The notes under the pieces were generated by a model. It made no database searches and was not told the DNA's origin. It was given only the letters and a program-made list of their open reading frames with translations. From Treponemataceae bacterium (lineage in GTDB: Bacteria; Spirochaetota; Spirochaetia; Treponematales; Rectinemataceae): a stretch of DNA of 64,000 nt. Made by a program: the position numbers and the translations under genes. The stretch lies in the NCBI GenBank assembly GCA_963667725.2, contig CAXXHO010000005.1, positions 288,001 to 352,000 on the forward strand. Direction: 5' to 3'. Below are positions 38,564 through 48,401 of the stretch, piece by piece (the first letter of the stretch is position 1; every line of letters begins with the position of its first letter).

Positions 38564-39928
38564 ATGGGCACTCAAGCCGCAAAAAAAAGCATCGACAATC
38601 TCCTTCCAGCCCTGCGCCGCAAGGCGGTGGGACTATTCAGCGTCTACAGAGGGCTTCCAAAACCTCTCTACATGCTGTGCATCGCTACCATCATCAACTC
38701 GATGGGCATTTTCGTGTTTCCCTTTCTCACCCTCTATCTCACCGGAAGGTCCGGAATGAGCCAGGGAGAAGCGGGCAACTTCATGTTTTTCATCTCTATC
38801 GTCTACATACCGGGCAACTTCATCGGCGGGAAACTGGCCGACCGATGGGGACGCAAGCGGCTCATGGTCGTCACGCAGATAATCTCGGCGGCCCTGTACA
38901 TCCCCTGCGGCTTCGCCATGTTCTCCGCCTATGTCCCCATGCTCATTCTCCTGAGCGTGTTCTTCGACGGCATCACCGATCCCGCCCGCTCGGCGATGAT
39001 GACGGATCTCACCACGCCGGAGAACAGGCGCACCGCCTTCTCGCTCCAGTACCTCGCCCACAACCTCGGCTTCGCGGTGGGATCGCTCATCGCGGGTTTC
39101 CTCTTCGAGCACGCGTCGTCCTGGCTCTTCTGGGGAAACGCGCTGGCCGTCTTCGCCGCCACCGCCATCGTGGGCGCCAAGGTGGGCGAAACGAAGCCTA
39201 CCCAGCAGCAGATCGACGCGACCATCGGCACGGGAAGCACCGAGGAAGCCCACAAGGGCTCCCTGGTCCAGGCCTTATTGTCGCGCCCCTTCCTCATCGT
39301 TTTCACGATGATCGTGACCTGGTACGGCTTCGTCTACAACCAGCACCGCTTCGCCCTGCCTCTCCAGACGAAAGCGCTGTTCGGCGAATCAGGGGCGGCC
39401 ATTTTCGGCACCTTCATGACGCTGAACGCCGTCCTCGTCATCTTCCTCTCGACGCCCGTTATGGCCCTGTCGAAAAAATGGAAGCCCATCAATTCGGTGG
39501 CGCTGGCCGGGGTCTTCTACGCGGTGGGGTTCGGCATGATAGGATTTTCGCACAATATCTGGCTTCTTTACCTATCGACGATCCTGTGGACGCTGGGCGA
39601 AATCGTGAACGCGACGAACGAGGGCGCCTATGTGGCGAACCACACGCCCATCTCCCATCGGGGAAGATTCCAATCCGTCCTGCCCTTCATCGGGGGAATA
39701 GGCTGGACTATCAGCCCTCCCGTCATCGGCAGGCTCATAGACGCCACCAGCCTCGACGCCGTGTGGCCTCTCGTGGGCGCCATCGCCGCCGCCGCCGCCG
39801 GCCTGATCTGGCTCCTGGGCAAGATCGAGGACAGGACGCTGGCCCGGCGACCCAAAATCGCCCCAGGAAGCGTCCCGGAAATCGCCCAGAAAGGCGCCGG
39901 GGAGGTTCCTGTGGAAATTCGGGACTAA
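38564..39928 (+). CDS. MFS transporter (multidrug efflux-like)
   Basis: About 12 TMs; motif A GGKLADRWGRK; PFLTLYL; LWTLGEI. Confidence 0.9.
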   Translation: MGTQAAKKSIDNLLPALRRKAVGLFSVYRGLPKPLYMLCIATIINSMGIFVFPFLTLYLTGRSGMSQGEAGNFMFFISIVYIPGNFIGGKLADRWGRKRLMVVTQIISAALYIPCGFAMFSAYVPMLILLSVFFDGITDPARSAMMTDLTTPENRRTAFSLQYLAHNLGFAVGSLIAGFLFEHASSWLFWGNALAVFAATAIVGAKVGETKPTQQQIDATIGTGSTEEAHKGSLVQALLSRPFLIVFTMIVTWYGFVYNQHRFALPLQTKALFGESGAAIFGTFMTLNAVLVIFLSTPVMALSKKWKPINSVALAGVFYAVGFGMIGFSHNIWLLYLSTILWTLGEIVNATNEGAYVANHTPISHRGRFQSVLPFIGGIGWTISPPVIGRLIDATSLDAVWPLVGAIAAAAAGLIWLLGKIEDRTLARRPKIAPGSVPEIAQKGAGEVPVEIRD

Positions 39929-40029
39929 TGGAGGTATACTGTAGTGGGTGGTGGAGCGGTTTACCGGTCTTCCACCCAGCCAAGCCGCAGGGAAACAAGA
40001 CCGAATGGACATAAAAAGAGAGCGTTCGG

Positions 40030-40101
40030 TGGGCGATATTGGGATTGAACCAATGACTTCTACCGTGTGAAGGTAGCACTCTCCCGCTGAGTTAATCGCC
40101 C
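40030..40101 (-). tRNA. tRNA-Val (anticodon CAC)
   Basis: GGGCGATTAACTCAGCGGGAGAGTG CTACC TT CAC AC GGTAG AAGTC ATTGG TTCAATC CCAAT ATCGCCC A cloverleaf. Promoter TTGACA-N17-TAGGAT at 40154-40126. Confidence 0.96.
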
Positions 40102-40175
40102 ACCCAACGCTCTCGACTGCTGGCCATCCTACCAAAGCCCCGACAGCGTGTCAAGAAGCGGCTTGCGGAGAAACG

Positions 40176-40820
40176 ATGAGACAGGAAAACGTCAGCATAC
40201 CCGCGGGGTATCCTTCCGGGATAAAAGCGCGAAGAAGAGCCACGCGTCAGGAAGTCGTCATAGAACTCACACGCAAATCCATCCATCTTCTGATAGCCTT
40301 CGTCCCCCTTCTCCTTTCGATCTCGAGGACGCTGACAATCGTTCTTCTGGCGACAGGCACCTGCGGTTACGCCGTTTTCGAGACGCTGCGCATGAAAGGC
40401 ATCCATATCCCGCTGATCTCAGCCATAACCGCGAAGGCGGCCCGGCTCCGCGACGCGGGCCGCTTCGTCAAAGGACCGGTGACGCTCGGACTCGGGGCTC
40501 TCGCCTCCGTACTGCTCTTCAGCCCAACCTCGGCCTCGATAGCCGTCTATATTCTGGCCTTCGGCGACAGCTTTTCCAGCATTGTCGGCAAAACCGTCGG
40601 AAAAATAAAAATGCCATTCACCAGGGGCAAATCGCTCGAGGGGAGTCTCACCTGTTTTCTGGTTTCCCTGCTTTCAACCTTTGCCATATCGCGCCAATTC
40701 GGCCCATCCCTGATCATCGCCGCCGTTTCCACCTTTGTCGAAGCCCTGCCAGCCAAGGATTGGGACAATATTCTCCTGCCCCTCGCGGCCGGTCTGACCG
40801 CCACGCTCATGGGATTCTAG
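40176..40820 (+). CDS. Dolichol/phytol kinase-like (CTP_transf_1) membrane protein
   Basis: RKSIH, LAFGDSFSSIVGK, GKSLEGS, DWDNILLP. Confidence 0.85.
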   Translation: MRQENVSIPAGYPSGIKARRRATRQEVVIELTRKSIHLLIAFVPLLLSISRTLTIVLLATGTCGYAVFETLRMKGIHIPLISAITAKAARLRDAGRFVKGPVTLGLGALASVLLFSPTSASIAVYILAFGDSFSSIVGKTVGKIKMPFTRGKSLEGSLTCFLVSLLSTFAISRQFGPSLIIAAVSTFVEALPAKDWDNILLPLAAGLTATLMGF

Positions 40821-40858
40821 GGAGGAGACCGTTTTCGGGAAGGCCGACGCCTGGGAAC

Positions 40859-41686
40859 CTACTGCCAGAGATAGAATGAATGGAGTTTGTAGATATAAAG
40901 GAAGCTTCCAAGCGTCATCATCATTATCGACGCGAGACTGAGGGCCGGCGATCCATCGCGGCTCAGGTAATGCGTGCCCGCCGTCAAGGCCGCGATGCCG
41001 AGCGCGATGAAGTAATATGCCTTATCGCCTCTCACCCTCACCGCGATGAGGTAATTCGCTATCGTTATTAGAATGATCGCGAGCGAAAACCCTTCGATGA
41101 GGCGTCCATAGCCCACTTTGAACATGATGTTCCGCGTCCATATGCCCGTGTTGACGGGCAGGATTGAGACAAGGGCTATGCTGATGCCGACACAGGCGGC
41201 CATTATGGAGAACTGCCGGTCGTTCCTCATGCCCGAGGCGTAAAGCCCGGAGATGAATATAGCGATGTAGCCCAGGAATCTCGTGCCGATGTAAAGCTTA
41301 TCGATGACGGCCAGCAGCGAATCGGAGCCGCCGTTCAATCCCGCGAACAGGTGGACGAGTCTCAGGGAATCGAAGGATACCGTGGCGAGCCAGAAGGCGA
41401 AAAAGAAGATCTCGGCCGAAACGGTTTTCCTGAAGGTCCTCAGGATGAAGGCGCCGACCAGGGAGGCGAAGAAAGCGGCCGAAAGCGCGTCGGCCAGGGA
41501 AAGCGCGAAGGAAGATATTCGCATGCCCAGAATGGTGTGGATCTCGTAGATCTTATGTTCGATGAGGAAGATCGGGACATCCCTGCGCAGGATGAGAAGA
41601 ATCGAGAAGACCAGGGCGAGCAGGAGCATGGCGCTGCTCAGGCCAAAGAGAATCCAATAGGTGCGTCGTCGGTTCTGAAGGGTCAC
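40859..41686 (-). CDS. Hypothetical multi-pass membrane protein
   Basis: About 8 hydrophobic segments. Start placed at GTG 41686 (VTLQNRRR), 7 nt after TTCAAG-N17-TATCTT; the longer ORF would overlap proS. Confidence 0.7.
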   Translation of the reverse strand: MTLQNRRRTYWILFGLSSAMLLLALVFSILLILRRDVPIFLIEHKIYEIHTILGMRISSFALSLADALSAAFFASLVGAFILRTFRKTVSAEIFFFAFWLATVSFDSLRLVHLFAGLNGGSDSLLAVIDKLYIGTRFLGYIAIFISGLYASGMRNDRQFSIMAACVGISIALVSILPVNTGIWTRNIMFKVGYGRLIEGFSLAIILITIANYLIAVRVRGDKAYYFIALGIAALTAGTHYLSRDGSPALSLASIMMMTLGSFLYIYKLHSFYLWQ

Positions 41687-41834
41687 AGTCGATAAGATAG
41701 CGCGAAACGAAGCCTGCTTGAAGCCCCCGGAGGCGCGATTCGCTTTCCGCGCGGCACGATGAGCAGCCCATCCGATTGAAAGAGCCTTCGTTTTTATATA
41801 TAGTTCCTTATCTTTTTCCATGGTGAGGTGACTT

Positions 41835-43292
41835 ATGGCCGAAAAAATCACGCCCCGCGAAGTCGACTACTCTCAGTGGTACATCGACATCGTCCTCAAC
41901 GCGAAGCTGGCGGACTATTCGCCGGTGAAAGGGTGCATGGTGATAAGGCCGCGCGGCTATGCCATCTGGGAGCGCATCCGCGACGAGTTCGACAGGCGCT
42001 TCAAGGAAACCGGGCATCAGAACGCCTATTTCCCCCTCCTCATCCCCATGAGTTTCCTGCAGAAGGAAGCCGAGCATGTCAAAGGCTTTGCCCCCGAGCT
42101 GGCCGTCGTCACCCATGGAGGCGGCGAGGAACTCGAGGAGCCCTACTGCATACGTCCCACGAGCGAGACCATCATCTGGGCGAAATACAAGGACTGGATC
42201 CAGTCCTGGCGCGATCTCCCCCTCCTCATAAACCAGTGGTCGAACGTCCTCCGCTGGGAAAAGCGCACGCGCCTCTTCCTCAGGACGAGCGAGTTCCTCT
42301 GGCAGGAAGGGCATACAGCCCATGAAACCGAAAAGGAAGCGGTAGAGGAAACCCTGCGCATGATCGAAGTCTACCGCGACGTCGTGGAGCGCTATCTCTG
42401 CGTGCCCGTTGTCGTCGGCGTGAAGAGCGAAACCGAAAAATTCGCCGGCGCCGTCAACACCTACACCATCGAGGCAATGATGCAGGACAAGAAGGCCCTC
42501 CAGGCGGGAACGAGCCACTTTCTGGGCCAGAATTTCGCCAAGGCCTTCGACGTCAAATTCCAAACCCGCGAAGGAAGCCTCGACTACGTATGGGCGACGA
42601 GCTGGGGCGTTTCGACGCGCCTTGTCGGCGCCGTCATCATGACGCATTCGGACGACAAGGGACTCGTGCTACCCCCTACCCTCGCGCCCGAGGAAGCCGT
42701 CATCGTCCCGATCTACAAGAACGACAACAAGGCGGCCGTCCTCGCCTACGCGGAGAAGACGCTGGCCGCGCTCAAGGCCGCGGGCATCCGCGCCCTCCTC
42801 GACAGCGACGATTCGTCGAGCCCCGGTTGGAAGTTCGCCGAGTGGGAGATGAGGGGAACACCGGTGAGGATTGAAATCGGCCCTCGCGACATGGCTTCGG
42901 AAAAACTCGTCCTGGTTCGCAGGGATACGGGGGAGAAATCCTTCGTGGCCGCAGCCAACGCGGCCGAGGCAGTCAGGAAGCTCCTCGACGGAATTCAGAC
43001 CTCCCTCTACGAGCGAGCCGTGGCTTTCCGCGACGCCAATACCGTGAAAATTGGCTCCAACAAAGAGCTGATGGATTTCTTCGGCGCCGAAGGCATGGGT
43101 ACCGCCGACGCTCATGGCGGCTTCGCCGAAGCGCTCTGGTGCGGTTCAGCGGAATGCGAGGCAGGGCTCAAGGCCAAGGTCAAGGCGACCCTGCGCTGCC
43201 TGCCCCTCGGCCATCAGGAGGGCGTGGATGGAGTCTGCGCTCTCTGCGGAGCACCAGCCAAGCACAGGGCCATCTTCGCGAGAAATTACTGA
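41835..43292 (+). CDS. proS: Proline--tRNA ligase (archaeal/eukaryote-like type, no editing insertion)
   Basis: [54 protein letters not shown]-terminal FARNY; promoter TTGAAA-N17-TATAGT. Confidence 0.97.
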   Translation: MAEKITPREVDYSQWYIDIVLNAKLADYSPVKGCMVIRPRGYAIWERIRDEFDRRFKETGHQNAYFPLLIPMSFLQKEAEHVKGFAPELAVVTHGGGEELEEPYCIRPTSETIIWAKYKDWIQSWRDLPLLINQWSNVLRWEKRTRLFLRTSEFLWQEGHTAHETEKEAVEETLRMIEVYRDVVERYLCVPVVVGVKSETEKFAGAVNTYTIEAMMQDKKALQAGTSHFLGQNFAKAFDVKFQTREGSLDYVWATSWGVSTRLVGAVIMTHSDDKGLVLPPTLAPEEAVIVPIYKNDNKAAVLAYAEKTLAALKAAGIRALLDSDDSSSPGWKFAEWEMRGTPVRIEIGPRDMASEKLVLVRRDTGEKSFVAAANAAEAVRKLLDGIQTSLYERAVAFRDANTVKIGSNKELMDFFGAEGMGTADAHGGFAEALWCGSAECEAGLKAKVKATLRCLPLGHQEGVDGVCALCGAPAKHRAIFARNY

Positions 43293-43314
43293 TTTGCTTG
43301 CATAACGAAGTTCT

Positions 43315-43343
43315 AAAACCCGGAGACATCTCCGGGTTTTTTT
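43315..43343 (+). terminator. Bidirectional intrinsic terminator
   Basis: AAAACCCGGAGA CA TCTCCGGGTTTTTTT. Confidence 0.85.
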
Positions 43344-43361
43344 AACGCTTCACGCCTTCCG

Positions 43362-44891
43362 CTATGCCTTCTCTCCGGAGCAGACTCGATCGCGGCCTTC
43401 CTTCTTGGCCCTGTATAGGGCCAAGTCGGCTTCCATAAGCAGCTTTTCCAGTGTCGTGGTCCTGTCGCTCTCATCCGATACCGCCATCCCGATACTTATC
43501 GTCGTCGTGATACTCTTATCCCGATAGGGAACGCGAAGCGCCGCGACGCTCTCCCGCATGTCTTCGGCCACGGCCAGAACCTTTTCGGGATCGATGGCCG
43601 TCAGTACGACGATGAACTCCTCGCCGCCGTACCTGCCGAGTATGTCGGAAGCGCGAATCCTATCCTTCAAGGTCCGGGCGACGGCGACGAGAACCGCGTC
43701 GCCAGCCTGATGCCCATACCTGTCGTTGACTACCTTGAAAAAATCTAGGTCGATCATGAGAAGTCCAATTCGACCGCCATAGCGCTGGACGCGAGATACT
43801 TCCTTTTCCGCGTCGTCGAAAAATCTGTGTCGGTTGAATGTTTTCGTGAGCATGTCGTAGTTGGCGAGACGGTAAAGCTTCCTTAGCAGACGGTGAAGCC
43901 CCGTGACGTCCTTGAACAGGAATACGCGGCCGACATTCTTCTTCCGGTCGATGAGCTTCGTCATCTTGGCCTCGAAGTAGCGCGTCCTGCCGTCCTGTAC
44001 GATCTTCAGCTCCTTGTTCCGTGAAGCGGCGCCGTCCAGCGCGACCCCTTCGGGAAAATCGCCGAGCTTCTTCCCGATCGCCTCAGGGATTAGCCAGGAG
44101 AATAAGGAGCCTGCCGCCTTGTTGTAGTCCGAAATCTTGTCCATGGAATCCAGGATAAGGATACCCTCGCTGATGCCCGAGAACACGATATCCTTGACGA
44201 GTTGGTCGGACTGCAAAAAATCGTGGCGAACGATGGCGACCGAAAAAAAGAAAGCCGCTCCCAGAAACCCGAAAGGGGCAAGATCGATGCCGTAGGGAGA
44301 GAGGCCGAACAGGTAACAGGTTTCGAAGAGCCCTACCCAGGCGGAGCCCAGCATCATCCAGAACGAAGTGCTGGCCGTCCCCAGCTTCGAAGTCCTCCAT
44401 TGCATGAAAAAAGCCGCGAGACTCAGCAGCATCATGGCATTCGAATAGATGACGAACACGGCGTACCAAGGTCCCTTATCCAGCCTGGCAAGGAGCTGTC
44501 CGCCCACGACGATGGCCGACACCTCGCGGTAATGGAGATGAAGGAAATCGTTGGTCGCGGAAAAGAAAATGGTGAGGATGGGTATCAGGAGCAAGGCGAG
44601 ATAGATGCCGAAGGAAAGCTCGCGCTTGATCCTGGACTTATGGGCGATGAAAAACCAAACCGTGGAGATGAAGGACAGGCCAAAGTATTCGAACTTCAGC
44701 CAGAACTTGATCTCCTCGAGACTATCGGATCCCAACTCAAAAGCGTAACCGACAACATAGATCATGACCGCTATGGACATGATGGCGAATAGAGAGGAAA
44801 GCTGATTGTGTCGGTGCGCGATGCTGTAGCAGAAAATGCAGAAGAATACGACCGCAGTCAGGTAGAGAATTCCGCGGAGAAAAAACAGCAC
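43362..44891 (-). CDS. HisKA_7TM + PAS + GGDEF diguanylate cyclase
   Basis: 7TM N-terminus (ATNDFLHLHY, KGPWY, IDLAPFGF), PAS-like region, RASD I-site, GGEEF. Confidence 0.9.
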   Translation of the reverse strand: MLFFLRGILYLTAVVFFCIFCYSIAHRHNQLSSLFAIMSIAVMIYVVGYAFELGSDSLEEIKFWLKFEYFGLSFISTVWFFIAHKSRIKRELSFGIYLALLLIPILTIFFSATNDFLHLHYREVSAIVVGGQLLARLDKGPWYAVFVIYSNAMMLLSLAAFFMQWRTSKLGTASTSFWMMLGSAWVGLFETCYLFGLSPYGIDLAPFGFLGAAFFFSVAIVRHDFLQSDQLVKDIVFSGISEGILILDSMDKISDYNKAAGSLFSWLIPEAIGKKLGDFPEGVALDGAASRNKELKIVQDGRTRYFEAKMTKLIDRKKNVGRVFLFKDVTGLHRLLRKLYRLANYDMLTKTFNRHRFFDDAEKEVSRVQRYGGRIGLLMIDLDFFKVVNDRYGHQAGDAVLVAVARTLKDRIRASDILGRYGGEEFIVVLTAIDPEKVLAVAEDMRESVAALRVPYRDKSITTTISIGMAVSDESDRTTTLEKLLMEADLALYRAKKEGRDRVCSGEKA

Positions 44892-45023
44892 TGAAATCCT
44901 CCATCATCCCTAGATCAGGGCGATATGCTATTTTTTTGCACAGCAATTTCCGCTTATGATAAAGATTTCCCGAAGAAATGGGTAGTACCGGGGGAGAGGA
45001 TCGGGCTCTCTCCCCCTCCTGGG

Positions 45024-45749
45024 TCAATGCAAAAGCTGCTTTACTTCGCCCGATCCAAAATCGGTTACGGAAATGCTGGGGTAACCGCGGTAATACACGG
45101 ATCCTGAACCGTAAATCCTCGCGTCGAGGGAGTCCAGGACCCGAAGCGTGCAGGATCCGGAACCGTTCACCGCCACGACCGCCTCGCCGGCGGTGAAACC
45201 CGTGGCCTGAATGTTCCCCGATCCGTAGATCGTGGCGTCCAGTCGATCGGAACCACCCGATAGTTTTATATTTCCTGAACCTAGAATGGTCGCGGTGAGG
45301 TGGTCGTATTCGAAATCGCCGGAAATGAAGCCCGAACCCTGGTCGGTCATGACGATCGATCGCCCGCTGAAACGGTTCAGAACAGAAATATCACCCGAGC
45401 CGTAGACGCCGATTTCATTCAGCGTGGGAAGCATGACATCGACCGTGAATTCCGTGTAGCGGTAGAGACTTTTACCCGGCTGAAGGGCGATGACGAGAGT
45501 ATCGTTTTCGGTATGGATATCCAGGTACTCGACGAGATTCTCGTCTATGGTCACGCTGACCGACCTTGAGGCTCCCATACGCAGACGCACCTGCCCTGAT
45601 GTCATGTTCTTTACCGCGCCGTACCCAGAAAGGGGCAGCGAAGCGGTGACGACCTTCCCGTTTCCGACAAAGTCGCCAGGAGTGACCGCGATGACGCAGG
45701 ATGAGGAAAGAAGTGCCAAAAAAAGAAGTGAGAAGATGACGCGTTTCAT
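45024..45749 (-). CDS. DUF2807 (GIN/adhesin head-like) lipoprotein
   Basis: Lipobox LSSSC; repeated GSG motifs; GSGSVYYRGYP; AGGAG SD. Confidence 0.85.
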   Translation of the reverse strand: MKRVIFSLLFLALLSSSCVIAVTPGDFVGNGKVVTASLPLSGYGAVKNMTSGQVRLRMGASRSVSVTIDENLVEYLDIHTENDTLVIALQPGKSLYRYTEFTVDVMLPTLNEIGVYGSGDISVLNRFSGRSIVMTDQGSGFISGDFEYDHLTATILGSGNIKLSGGSDRLDATIYGSGNIQATGFTAGEAVVAVNGSGSCTLRVLDSLDARIYGSGSVYYRGYPSISVTDFGSGEVKQLLH

Positions 45750-45983
45750 GGAAGTCTCCTGAACGCTAAATATGTCCCTCATGCGAGGCGACAGGCTGAG
45801 CGACAGAGTGCTCGCCCCTTGCGGGCGCGAGGATGTTCGGATCGCTCAAGAGGAAATATAACACCGCGAAAAAGGTCCGTCCACGAAAACCGATAAAATA
45901 TTATCTTTTCAAACATTTTTAGTCATCAGAATTCCTTCGATATTTCTTGATGGATCGCCCCGCGGGAAGTAGTATAGGGGTCG

Positions 45984-46757
45984 ATGCAGCCAGAAGACTT
46001 ACTGCTTTTCGCGGCCGACGCGGCGCGACTCATGCTCGAAAGCGGCGGGGAAACCTATCGCGCCGAAGAAACCGCGATGAACATCATAACCAGCCAGGGC
46101 GGCGTTGAAGCCGAATGCTTCGCCACGAGCACGGGGCTCATGCTCTCCTTCACCGGCGAGGACGGCAAGGTCCACGCGGTCGTGAGGCGCGTGAAGCGGC
46201 GCGAGATGAACCTGGAAAAAGCGTCGCGAATCCACACGATGGTGAGCGGACTCCAGACCGACAGGATCGACATTCTGGAAGCGACCCGCGAACTCGATGT
46301 CATCGAAAGACTTCGCGAACGCCCCTTCGCCCTAAGAATGGGAGCGAGCGCCGTCGGCGCAGCCTTCTTCACCCTTCTTTTCGGCGGAAAACCGGCGGAT
46401 GCCGCGGCCGCCGCGGCCATAGGCGCCACCCTTTACCTTCTCATACGGGGATTCCAGCGCCTGAAACTGCCCGAATTCCTCACCAGTCTCGCCGGCGGAG
46501 GCTACGCGGCCATCGCTTCGCTCGGCATTCAAGCGCTCATCGCCCCGATCAACACCGACATGACCATCATCGGCGTCATCATGCTCCTCGTCCCCGGCGT
46601 GGCCATCACCAACGCGATACGCGACATCATCGCGGGGGACCTCGTCGCCGGCATTGCCCGCGGCGTGGACGCCTTCATCACCGCGGCGGCGATTTCGGCC
46701 GGAGCAGGCGGGGCTTTCGCGATATGGAAGCTTCTCGAATTCGGAGGCATCCGATGA
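45984..46757 (+). CDS. Threonine/serine exporter family subunit (ThrE)
   Basis: LESGGETYRAEET, IGVIMLLVPGVAITNAIRDIIAGDLVAG. Confidence 0.9.
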   Translation: MQPEDLLLFAADAARLMLESGGETYRAEETAMNIITSQGGVEAECFATSTGLMLSFTGEDGKVHAVVRRVKRREMNLEKASRIHTMVSGLQTDRIDILEATRELDVIERLRERPFALRMGASAVGAAFFTLLFGGKPADAAAAAAIGATLYLLIRGFQRLKLPEFLTSLAGGGYAAIASLGIQALIAPINTDMTIIGVIMLLVPGVAITNAIRDIIAGDLVAGIARGVDAFITAAAISAGAGGAFAIWKLLEFGGIR

Positions 46758-47236
46758 GCCCGGAATCGCTCTCCATGGTTGACTGGCTCAAGGGTCCGGC
46801 ATTCGCGGCCATCGCCACCTCGGCCTTTTCCCTCCTTTTCGGACTGCATTCTCTCGACATCCTGCTCGCCTCGGGCGGAGCGGCGGTAGGTTGGGCGATA
46901 TTCCTCGTCGTGCCTCACGCGGGCTCGCCCGCCTTCGCGGTTTTCCTTGCCGCCCTCGCGGCGGGACTCTACAGCGAAATAATCGGATGGCTGCGATTCA
47001 GGCCGGCCACCGTCTACGCGATAGCGGCCATCCTCCCTCTTGTGCCCGGCGGAGGCATGTACTACACGATGCTTTCCACCCTCGAGGGCAATTCGGCGAA
47101 AACGGTCGAACTCGTCATGACCACGCTCATGACAGCCTTCGCCATCGCCGCCGGACTTGCAATTGCCAACGCAGTTGGTAGAATGAATTACCTCGCCTAC
47201 TCCCATTGGCTCATGAAAGGAAACAGAAAACCATAA
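46754..47236 (+). CDS. Threonine/serine exporter small subunit (ThrE_2)
   Basis: ATGA overlap with ThrE; PATVYAIAAILPLVPGGGMYY. Confidence 0.88.
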   Translation: MSPESLSMVDWLKGPAFAAIATSAFSLLFGLHSLDILLASGGAAVGWAIFLVVPHAGSPAFAVFLAALAAGLYSEIIGWLRFRPATVYAIAAILPLVPGGGMYYTMLSTLEGNSAKTVELVMTTLMTAFAIAAGLAIANAVGRMNYLAYSHWLMKGNRKP

Positions 47237-47237
47237 G

Positions 47238-48383
47238 ATGTCGCTGGAAACCCTGTTACGCGTCGAAATTGACCTATTCGCGCTCGCCATCCTGGCCATC
47301 ATGGGCGGTTCCATCATCATCAGGAACAGGGACCACCAATTCATGGATTCCAGGCTCTTTCTCCGGCTGATCGTAAGCATAAGCCTCGTGATCATCTTCG
47401 AGGGACTGAGCTGGATCGTCGACGGAAAGCCCGGCTCTTCCATGAGGTTAGCGGGCTATGTAATCAACGTCATTTTCTATGCCCTCATCTTCACGCCGAT
47501 GGGCATCTATCTCATTTACGTCGATCACTTCACCGCGCCGAACCGCCCCCTCGTCCTGTCCTTCTATTTCTGGACCGCCATAGCGGTCGCCGTGATGGGC
47601 GCCTTCTTCGCCGTTCTCAGCCCGATCAAAGGCCTGCTTTTCTACCTCGACGAAAACAACATCTATTTCAGGGGCCCGCTCAATGGTTTCTTCAACCTAC
47701 TCATGACCGTCATGGGACTCCTCCCGGCCTATGTCCTCGTGAGGCGGCGCAGGACCATACCCGGCCCCTCATTCTATAACCTCATCCTCTACCCGGTGAT
47801 GCCGACCATCGGGGGAATACTCCAGCAGTTCGTCTACGGCACCAACCTGTTCTGGCCGGCCACCGTCATCGCCGTCTTTCTCACCTTCATCAACGTCCAG
47901 AATAGGCAAATCGACAGCGACTACCTCACGGGCGCCTTCAACCGCTCGAGCCTCCAGGAATACCTGGGCACTCTGGTGCGGAAAGCATGCAGAAACAGAA
48001 CCTTTGCCGGAATAATGCTCGATCTGGATAATTTCAAGCAGATCAACGACCGCTGCGGTCACGGAACGGGGGACCAGGCCCTCATCGAAATGGCGAGAAT
48101 CCTTCACGCCTCGGTGCGCAAAACAGATTTCGTGGCGCGCTACGGCGGCGACGAGTTCGTCGTGATCCTCGATACGGGCGACGGCGTCGTCGTGGATGAG
48201 GTTATCGAAAGGATACGCGCGAACATGAAGGCCGCCAACGGCGCCGAAAAGACCTATACGCTCTCCGCGAGCATGGGCAAAGCGATATTCGATTTGGAAA
48301 GAGACAGGAATATCGATACTTTCATCCATAGGCTGGATGGGCTCATGTACGAAGACAAGACCCGTCTGGCGGTTACCATATGA
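47238..48383 (+). CDS. Membrane diguanylate cyclase
   Basis: 7 TMs (DENNIYFRGP); DYLTGAFNR, RKTD I-site, GGDEF. Confidence 0.9.
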   Translation: MSLETLLRVEIDLFALAILAIMGGSIIIRNRDHQFMDSRLFLRLIVSISLVIIFEGLSWIVDGKPGSSMRLAGYVINVIFYALIFTPMGIYLIYVDHFTAPNRPLVLSFYFWTAIAVAVMGAFFAVLSPIKGLLFYLDENNIYFRGPLNGFFNLLMTVMGLLPAYVLVRRRRTIPGPSFYNLILYPVMPTIGGILQQFVYGTNLFWPATVIAVFLTFINVQNRQIDSDYLTGAFNRSSLQEYLGTLVRKACRNRTFAGIMLDLDNFKQINDRCGHGTGDQALIEMARILHASVRKTDFVARYGGDEFVVILDTGDGVVVDEVIERIRANMKAANGAEKTYTLSASMGKAIFDLERDRNIDTFIHRLDGLMYEDKTRLAVTI

Positions 48384-48401
48384 TTACACGCAGGAGTGCC
48401 T

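Noticed and set aside
39930..40101. Integrative element at tRNA-Val
   Set aside because: No integrase, and I saw no duplicated tRNA 3' end in the window.
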